A stretch of 64,000 nucleotides of DNA. Source: Candidatus Moraniibacteriota bacterium (lineage in GTDB: Bacteria > Patescibacteriota > Minisyncoccia > Moranbacterales > UBA1568). Where the stretch lies: the NCBI GenBank assembly GCA_028688415.1, contig JAQTYF010000001.1, forward strand, positions 10,385 through 74,384, written 5' to 3'. How positions within the stretch are numbered: the first letter of the stretch is position 1; every line of letters begins with the position of its first letter. The position numbers and the translations under genes are program-made. The notes beneath the pieces are model-generated. The model did not search any database. It had not been told where the DNA came from and worked only from the letters and a program-made list of their open reading frames with translations. This document shows, piece after piece, positions 58,074 through 64,000 of the stretch.

Positions 58074-58077
58074 ACAT

Positions 58078-58809
58078 ATGCGAGAAATAATTATGGGTAC
58101 GGTGGCAGGCGTTATGCTGAGTATGCTGGGCGTCGTATTGTTTTATCTGTATGTATCAGATGATTCGTATCGTTTTGATACGCCCCAGAGCATTCCTTGT
58201 ACCGAAGAAGTAATGCTTTGTGCAGATGGATCTTCTGTAAGTCGCACTGGCTTGCAATGTGAATTTGCACCATGTCCGACTTCTGTTCTACCAGATATTC
58301 GTAAAGAGGTTTTTGGAGCACCGCTTGATCAGGCAAGCGAGAGAATAATGAAGAAACCATTTGGCATCTTGATCGATTCGAAGACATCCCCGGTACAGCC
58401 CGAGCGATTTGGTGGCTATCATACGGGGACTGATTTTGAAACATTTCCGAATGAAAAATCTGTCGATGTTTCGGTGCGTGCGATATGTACAGGAGAGATA
58501 AATATGAAACGACAGGCTTCTGGATATGGGGGACTGGTTGTACAACAGTGTACTTTGGATGGAGAGGCAATATCGATTGTCTATGGTCACCTCGCTCTTA
58601 GGAGTGTGACAGCAGAGAAGGGTGATATTCTCATACAAGGAGATGTGATAGGAATCTTGGAGATGGCAGAGAGTATTGATACGGACGGTGAGCGCAAGCA
58701 TCTTCATCTTGGAATATTCAGAGGTGATGCAATAAATATTCTTGGCTATGTTCCTTCACAGAAAGAACTTGACCAATGGATTGATCCCTGTATTCTCGTC
58801 TGTAAATAA
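58078..58809 (+). CDS. Membrane-anchored M23 family metallopeptidase
   Basis: YHTGTD (HxxxD), YGH, HLH; N-terminal CTEE..LC.DGS.V.R....CEF..CP module. Confidence 0.85.
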   Translation: MREIIMGTVAGVMLSMLGVVLFYLYVSDDSYRFDTPQSIPCTEEVMLCADGSSVSRTGLQCEFAPCPTSVLPDIRKEVFGAPLDQASERIMKKPFGILIDSKTSPVQPERFGGYHTGTDFETFPNEKSVDVSVRAICTGEINMKRQASGYGGLVVQQCTLDGEAISIVYGHLALRSVTAEKGDILIQGDVIGILEMAESIDTDGERKHLHLGIFRGDAINILGYVPSQKELDQWIDPCILVCK

Positions 58810-58830
58810 CAAAACAAAGTAAGAACACTT

Positions 58831-59097
58831 ATGGCGACTCTTTTCATTGATGTTCGTACCAAGGAAGAATATAAGAAACGTCATGTGACGGGTGCGATGA
58901 ATCTTCCTGTTGAGGAAATAATCGACGGAAAACTTGGCATGCTTCATGATATGAATCGTGACACAGTACTGTATCTTTATTGTCGGTCTGGCGGTCGCGC
59001 AGAAAAAGCGAAGGAAATTCTTTTTTCTCTTGGTTTTACAAATGTTTCCAATCTTGGTTGGCTTGAGAACGCAGAAAACTTTTCTCGTGAGCAATAA
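58831..59097 (+). CDS. Rhodanese-like domain protein
   Basis: IDVRT.EEY...H..GA.N.P, YCRSGGRA, GFTNV.NLG. Confidence 0.92.
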   Translation: MATLFIDVRTKEEYKKRHVTGAMNLPVEEIIDGKLGMLHDMNRDTVLYLYCRSGGRAEKAKEILFSLGFTNVSNLGWLENAENFSREQ

Positions 59098-59186
59098 GTA
59101 TTCCTTTGGTGATCTGGAGTTTGATGGCAAAACAACAGAATAATGTGGTATGATAGGAAGGTAAAAGAGAAAACTCTATCGAATAT

Positions 59187-59570
59187 ATGTATAAGCGTCG
59201 TCTTTTAGATGTAAAAAAATTGATTGATTTTTGGTCTATACCACATTTCCTTTTTGGTACGTTGCTTGCTCTTGCAACGATTACTTTCGTTCTCTCGATC
59301 GAATACATGTTTCTTGTTACACTATTCTTGGCTATTGTGTGGGAATTGATTGAGATGAAATGGAGACTCTGCGAAGCACCAGGCAATGGTTTTGTAGATG
59401 TTCTTCTCGCACTCGTAGGCTTTACAGTGACGTTTCTTCTGGTAAATCGCGTAGGGGTGAGTCCAGAGCGGTATGGTTCTCTTTTGATTTTCACAACTTT
59501 GCTCTTTTTGTGTTTGAATTTTTTCGCATGGCGAGCTCGCTTCGAACACGACAGAGAGTTTCAAGGGTAA
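59187..59570 (+). CDS. Small membrane protein
   Basis: D.WS..HF..G ... WE..E ... E...N...D; four TM helices. Confidence 0.75.
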   Translation: MYKRRLLDVKKLIDFWSIPHFLFGTLLALATITFVLSIEYMFLVTLFLAIVWELIEMKWRLCEAPGNGFVDVLLALVGFTVTFLLVNRVGVSPERYGSLLIFTTLLFLCLNFFAWRARFEHDREFQG

Positions 59571-59588
59571 TTCATATAAAAAAAGAAT

Positions 59589-59990
59589 ATGGCAGAAGAA
59601 CAAGATATTTGGGAAAGAAAAAAAGTATGTATCATCGATGATAACGAAGATATTCGTTCTATTTATCAGACGAAATTCAGCGCGGAAGGATTTGAAGTCT
59701 TTATGGCCGTGAATGGAGAAGAGGGATTGAAAGTTATCAACCAAGCAAAACCAGATATTATTCTTTTGGATATAGAAATGCCAATCATGAATGGAATAGA
59801 GGTTTTGAAAAAACTTCGCGAAGATACTGCGTTATCACGTATTCCAGTGATTATGCTTACCAATCAAGATAGTGAAGATTCTTTTCGTACCGTTGGAAAA
59901 TTTGATACACAATTTTACATTATCAAATCTCTCGCTACTCCTCAGAAGGTAGTGAATATTGTCAGGGAAGTATTGCGTGCCAGAAGATAA
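59589..59990 (+). CDS. Single-domain response regulator (receiver)
   Basis: IIDDN, PDIILLDIEMP.MNG, PVIMLT, YIIK. Confidence 0.93.
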   Translation: MAEEQDIWERKKVCIIDDNEDIRSIYQTKFSAEGFEVFMAVNGEEGLKVINQAKPDIILLDIEMPIMNGIEVLKKLREDTALSRIPVIMLTNQDSEDSFRTVGKFDTQFYIIKSLATPQKVVNIVREVLRARR

Positions 59991-60009
59991 TTCACCGATA
60001 GCTTTCCTT

Positions 60010-60411
60010 ATGATTCCCTGGAAAAAAGAATATTGTCTCGGTATTGAATCTATTGATACCCAGCACAAACAACTGATAGATATTATCAATGTTTTGTCTC
60101 AAAGGATTGCGAGTGGTATAGCCAAGCACGATGTTGAGATAGCTATCGTTGATATGGAACGCTATGTACAGACACATTTTCTTTTTGAAGAGAAATTTTT
60201 TACGGCTTGTCGTTACGAAAAGACATCAGAACATATCGCAGAGCACCATCTTTTTCTTGAAAAAACTCAAGAGTTTCGTACACGAGCTCTGACAGGAGAT
60301 ATCTCTCTTTCTCTCGAAATGCTTGGCTATCTCGAGGATTGGTTCTTGCATCATGTACTTGTCATCGATAGGCAGTACGTGGACGACTTCAAGAAGTTTG
60401 GCGTACAATAG
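60010..60411 (+). CDS. Bacteriohemerythrin
   Basis: W...Y..GI..ID.QH..L, HF..EE, H..EH, W...H....D..Y. Confidence 0.92.
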   Translation: MIPWKKEYCLGIESIDTQHKQLIDIINVLSQRIASGIAKHDVEIAIVDMERYVQTHFLFEEKFFTACRYEKTSEHIAEHHLFLEKTQEFRTRALTGDISLSLEMLGYLEDWFLHHVLVIDRQYVDDFKKFGVQ

Positions 60412-60438
60412 ATCATACAATAAAAATATTTGAGCACT

Positions 60439-61644
60439 ATGCAAAAAAGTTATTTGCCAGTTTTGTTTTTTACACTTTTGATCGATATGATCGGCATTGG
60501 AATGATTATTCCTATCATACCGATTATTTTCACTGATCCATCATCGCCACATTTTCTTCTGGTTCATTATTCGACAGGGGAGCAGTATGTGTTCGCTGGT
60601 GCTGTGACGGCACTTTTTGGACTGATGCAATTTATCACCGCGCCACTTTTAGGAGAACTCTCTGATGTGTTCGGGAGGAAGCGACTTCTCACTATCGGAG
60701 TTGGTATTCTTGCGCTCTCTCAGATTCTTTTTGGATTTGGTATCGAGATTGTTTCTCTTCCGCTTATCATTCTCAGCCGTGCAATTGCTGGTATTGCTGG
60801 TGCGAACTTCAGTATCGCTCAAGCAAGCATTGCCGATGTGACCGCACCGAAAGACCGTGCGAAGAACTTCGGACTGATTGGAGCAGCATTTGGTCTAGGA
60901 TTCATCATTGGTCCGATGCTTGGAGGATTCATCGCCTCTACCACTGGGAGCCCTGCAGCACCGTTTTGGTTGGCAGGTATGCTTGGCGTGTTGAATGTGA
61001 TGTCTATCTCTCTTTTCTTGCCAGAGACGAATATGCACAGGAGTGAGAAAAAACATTTTACTCTCCTCAAAGGAATACATAATATCCAATCCGCTCTTCG
61101 TGATAAGAATGAGAAACCTCTTTATATCGCCAACTTCCTCTATGTGTCTGGGTTTACTTTCTTCACTTCGTTTATTAGTATTCTTCTCGTCTCACGATTT
61201 CATTTTACTGAATCCAACATCGGCACCTTCTTTGGTGTGTTGGGAATATGGATTGTTTTCACTCAAGGATTCATTCTTCGTATCTTGACCAAGAAGTATG
61301 ATGAGAGAACGATACTTCGCTACTCACTTCTGTTTCTTATGTCGGGTCTCGCACTCTACGCAATCGTTCCGAGTACTCTACTTCTTTATGTGTTGATGCC
61401 TGTCGTCGCTGTCTCGAATGGACTCTCGATGGCCAACATGGCATCGCTTATTAGTAAGGGCGTCTCCGAGACCAAGCAGGGGGCAGCGCTTGGCATCAAC
61501 GGATCGCTCATGGCACTCTCGCAGGGCATTATCCCTCTTCTCGCAGGATTCGGCTCAGGAGTTGTTGGTATTCAGGGTCCATTTTTCGCTGGTGCGCTTT
61601 CTGTATTCTGTGCTTGGTACATTCTTTTTGATCGTAAGGCATAA
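60439..61644 (+). CDS. MFS transporter (DHA1/TetA-like)
   Basis: ID..G.G.I.P, G.LSD.FGRK, SR...G...N, AQA.IAD, G.AFG.GFI.GP..GG. Confidence 0.92.
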   Translation: MQKSYLPVLFFTLLIDMIGIGMIIPIIPIIFTDPSSPHFLLVHYSTGEQYVFAGAVTALFGLMQFITAPLLGELSDVFGRKRLLTIGVGILALSQILFGFGIEIVSLPLIILSRAIAGIAGANFSIAQASIADVTAPKDRAKNFGLIGAAFGLGFIIGPMLGGFIASTTGSPAAPFWLAGMLGVLNVMSISLFLPETNMHRSEKKHFTLLKGIHNIQSALRDKNEKPLYIANFLYVSGFTFFTSFISILLVSRFHFTESNIGTFFGVLGIWIVFTQGFILRILTKKYDERTILRYSLLFLMSGLALYAIVPSTLLLYVLMPVVAVSNGLSMANMASLISKGVSETKQGAALGINGSLMALSQGIIPLLAGFGSGVVGIQGPFFAGALSVFCAWYILFDRKA

Positions 61645-61711
61645 AGAATCGAAAATGAGTATTTTTGATACGATAAAAAGCTTTATAAAAGGGATAAAGA
61701 GGATTTTCTGA

Positions 61712-61740
61712 TTGACAAAAACGAGAGAGTGCGCTATAAT
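61712..61740 (+). promoter_or_regulatory. sigma70 promoter of the cold-shock gene
   Basis: TTGACA-17-TATAAT. Confidence 0.75.
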
Positions 61741-61815
61741 ACAAACGTGTAATAAAGGCACAGCAAAAAACGGAGTCGAGTTTTCGCAGTATATAAGCAA
61801 CCGTAAAAAAATCGT

Positions 61816-62013
61816 ATGCAAGGAACTATCAAAACCCTTACAGACCGAGGATTCGGATTCATTTCTCGCGATGGCGAAGCAAAGGATCTTTTCTTCCACT
61901 CTAAGGAACTCGTAGGAGTCACTTACGACGAATTGAAAGTAGGCGACACTGTCTCTTTCGAAGTTGTCAATGGTGAAAAAGGCCCAGCAGCTACAGGCGT
62001 ATCTCGCATCTAG
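61816..62013 (+). CDS. Cold-shock domain protein
   Basis: RGFGFI, DLFFH, V.FEV..G.KGP.A..V. Confidence 0.95.
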   Translation: MQGTIKTLTDRGFGFISRDGEAKDLFFHSKELVGVTYDELKVGDTVSFEVVNGEKGPAATGVSRI

Positions 62014-62027
62014 TTGTCGCTTTCAAG

Positions 62028-62059
62028 AAACACCCTGAGCTTGTCGAAGGGTGTTTTTT
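62028..62059 (+). terminator. Terminator with a REP-like CCCTGAGCTTGTCGAAGGG core
   Basis: AAACACCCT-GAGCTTGTCGA-AGGGTGTTTTTT. Confidence 0.7.
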
Positions 62060-62244
62060 GTTTTTCATTTTCATCTTTTTCCTTCTTGTTATTCCTACTT
62101 TTCTTTATTTTTCCTCTGTCATTTCAACTTCTCCTTTGTCATTCTCGCGTAGGCAGGAATCCAGAGTTTTGTTCTCACTCCGACCCGATGAATTCTACAA
62201 TGGTGTATAATGAGAGTGCTGTTAATTTCTTTTGAAGAACGATT

Positions 62245-62667
62245 ATGACTGCACCATTGTTTAGTATTTTTGCTCTCGGAGCAGAATTTTGTGTGACTGG
62301 CGTCGTGTTCTATGTTATTTGGCAAGCAGTGGAAAAAGTGAAGTTTAACAAAAAGCTCGGTTTTGGCGTGTTGGCATACGAAGTCATCTTCAATATTTCA
62401 TATATGGTCATGAGGTCTCTCGAGCATGTGAATGAGAAGCCGGACGTTGTAGAGAGGCCAGGGGAGACGGCGCTTGTTATTTTTCATGGAACATTTTCGC
62501 TCGTCATGTTTGTCGCGCTGGTCATCTTCTTTGTCATCGCCGAGCGACACTATGCCAAGGGTGAGAATTTCTTCGTCCATCATCATCGTCTGACGAGTAT
62601 CTTCCTCTATGCCTGGGGCATCTCTGTTTTTTCTGGAGCCCTCTTCTTCGTTCGTCTGTATATGTAA
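62245..62667 (+). CDS. Small 4-TM membrane protein
   Basis: 140 aa, hydrophobic, HG..SL..F motif. Confidence 0.75.
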   Translation: MTAPLFSIFALGAEFCVTGVVFYVIWQAVEKVKFNKKLGFGVLAYEVIFNISYMVMRSLEHVNEKPDVVERPGETALVIFHGTFSLVMFVALVIFFVIAERHYAKGENFFVHHHRLTSIFLYAWGISVFSGALFFVRLYM

Positions 62668-62692
62668 AGAGTGTAGAAGGGTAAACAGAGTG

Positions 62693-62843
62693 CCAAAAAG
62701 AATATTTTGTTGGTTGCTCCACTTGTTTGAGACGGCTTTCTTTCTTCTAAAAATTTCCTATGGATGCCGTAGAGTGAGGGAATATTTTTAGCAAAGAAAG
62801 AAGGCTTTCGAGGCTGGAGCAGAAACAAAAGATTGCTTTTTGG
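62693..62843. repeat. MITE-like element family B copy 2
   Basis: Near-identical to ~49996-50144. Confidence 0.88.
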
Positions 62844-62908
62844 TAGTCTGTTCCAGTATCTCGTGTTGTCATAAAAAAGAAAAAAAGAAATGTGCTATAC
62901 TGGGAGTG

Positions 62909-63028
62909 AAAAGCCTTCAGAAAGGACTGCGAAAAATTGAGACCCACCTGGACTTCCGGGGAAAAATGTAATTTTTTCCGTTAATCTTTTTCAAGGGACT
63001 CAGCCGCTCTCCCGCATTGAAGGCTTTT
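62909..63028. ncRNA. Candidate structured RNA / long irregular hairpin
   Basis: AAAAGCCTTCA/TGAAGGCTTTT closing stem, internal TGAG.CCC/GGG.CTCA and CGG..AAAAA/TTTTTCCG; extended -10 TGCTATACT just upstream. Confidence 0.4.
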
Positions 63029-63063
63029 TATTACCCTGAAAAGATATTGTTCTGTGTTCGAAA

Positions 63064-63477
63064 ATGGTCTATACTGATACTATGAAATACTTCCAAAAAA
63101 CAATCGTATTTAGTTTGATAGTGATGCTTGTATCGTCTGCGGGTGGTTTCTGTATGAACCCGATGATGGCAGAAGCGAACACTTCTGAGATGAACAAGGA
63201 GATGAATCATCTGCTCGTTATGGCACATGATGCTGTGGCCGCACAATCTGAGACATCATCTGCTATCGATGTGTGTATTGTCGATTGTGTTACAACGGTC
63301 CTTCAGATAACCACTACCAAGAAATCTGTTGTTGATCACATTCTGCAAGTTTCTTCTCTTACCCCGCTCACTCTCTTTCGAGGGTCGTCTTCGGATGGGA
63401 TACTCGTGAGCGACGATGCCTTTGGTATTTCGCCGCCGTCACCCGATATCCTTTCTTCTGTTTTCAAACGGGAATAA
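63064..63477 (+). CDS. Hypothetical Met/Cys-containing exported protein upstream of a heavy-metal gene
   Basis: N-terminal hydrophobic segment, Met-rich region, C..DC, C-terminal PP.P. Confidence 0.6.
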   Translation: MVYTDTMKYFQKTIVFSLIVMLVSSAGGFCMNPMMAEANTSEMNKEMNHLLVMAHDAVAAQSETSSAIDVCIVDCVTTVLQITTTKKSVVDHILQVSSLTPLTLFRGSSSDGILVSDDAFGISPPSPDILSSVFKRE

Positions 63478-63615
63478 ATTTGTTTTTGACGTTTCTACCA
63501 GGCCCGATTTTTCGGTTGCTCTTTTGGGGACGTCAGAGTACCATTTCTTTAGAGAGAGATGGTTTTTGTTTTTCTTTCGCAGATAATATATCCAAGAGTA
63601 TAAAATACAAAATTT

Positions 63616-64000
63616 ATGAATAAAATAATTGTCGATATTACAGGAATGACCTGTCGTTCGTGCGAGCTTATCACAGAAGATGAGCTCGGTAGTGTGTCTG
63701 GTGTGACCAAAGTGAAAACAAATTTCCGTACAGGAAAAGCGGAACTCTGGTATGATGGCGCGCGGCCGAGCGATACGAGTATTGCTCGTGCGATACAGAA
63801 ATCCGGGTACGCAGTAGGCAAAGGAAAGAAAAACTGGATCAATAATGATGTGTCTGCCTGGGTGGAAACTCTTTTCGCGCTCGGAATCGTCTTTGTGCTG
63901 TTCGTGATTGCTCAATCATTGGGACTCTTCAATATTTCTCTCGGAGCATCTGAGAAACTCACTAATCTCTCATTTGTACTGCTTCTTGGTGTGGTCGCTG
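63616..64000 (+). CDS. Heavy-metal-associated (HMA) domain membrane protein, truncated by the window end
   Basis: My translation: MNKIIVDITGMTCRSCE...GVTKV...AIQKSGY, followed by TM segments; absent from the ORF track because there is no stop in the window. Confidence 0.88.
   Translation, partial: MNKIIVDITGMTCRSCELITEDELGSVSGVTKVKTNFRTGKAELWYDGARPSDTSIARAIQKSGYAVGKGKKNWINNDVSAWVETLFALGIVFVLFVIAQSLGLFNISLGASEKLTNLSFVLLLGVVA

Noticed and set aside
60439-61644. Calling the MFS gene tetA (tetracycline resistance)
   Set aside because: Only family-level motifs; no tetR or mobile context.
62909-63028. SRP RNA
   Set aside because: No GNRA-capped domain IV with the CAGG/AGCA motif on either strand.

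Overview
Bacterial chromosomal window with the gene repertoire and style of a Patescibacteria/CPR (Parcubacteria-like) genome. This taxonomy is inferred from intron-bearing 23S rRNA, PilB/DprA, DUF5667/DUF5671-type proteins, Cys-rich surface proteins and tRNA genes lacking encoded CCA; the standard genetic code is used. It opens with the 3' part of a 23S rRNA gene carrying two group I introns (E. coli-equivalent sites L1931 and L1951, the second with a LAGLIDADG endonuclease) around a 20-nt exon, followed by 5S rRNA. Housekeeping genes include rodA, secG, pgi/pmi, manC, rnj, trpS, a phosphomannomutase, ychF, groL, pilB, rel, zur-znuACB, topA, dprA, queH and six tRNAs. The main surprise is an apparently intact iterative type I PKS / Pfa-like cluster at 12.6-21.9 kb: acyl-adenylate ligase, KS plus dead KS half-domain, AT-ACP-KR-DH, PPTase and a membrane acyltransferase-like protein, in a lineage generally lacking fatty-acid synthesis. 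A second theme is several families of small hairpin elements: some inserted in-frame into ychF and the phosphomannomutase, some appended to duplicated 3' ends of tRNA-fMet, tRNA-Asp and 5S rRNA, and ~150-bp MITE-like dispersed repeats. No transposase or integrase is visible in the window. All calls are from motif recognition by eye; no database searches were run.
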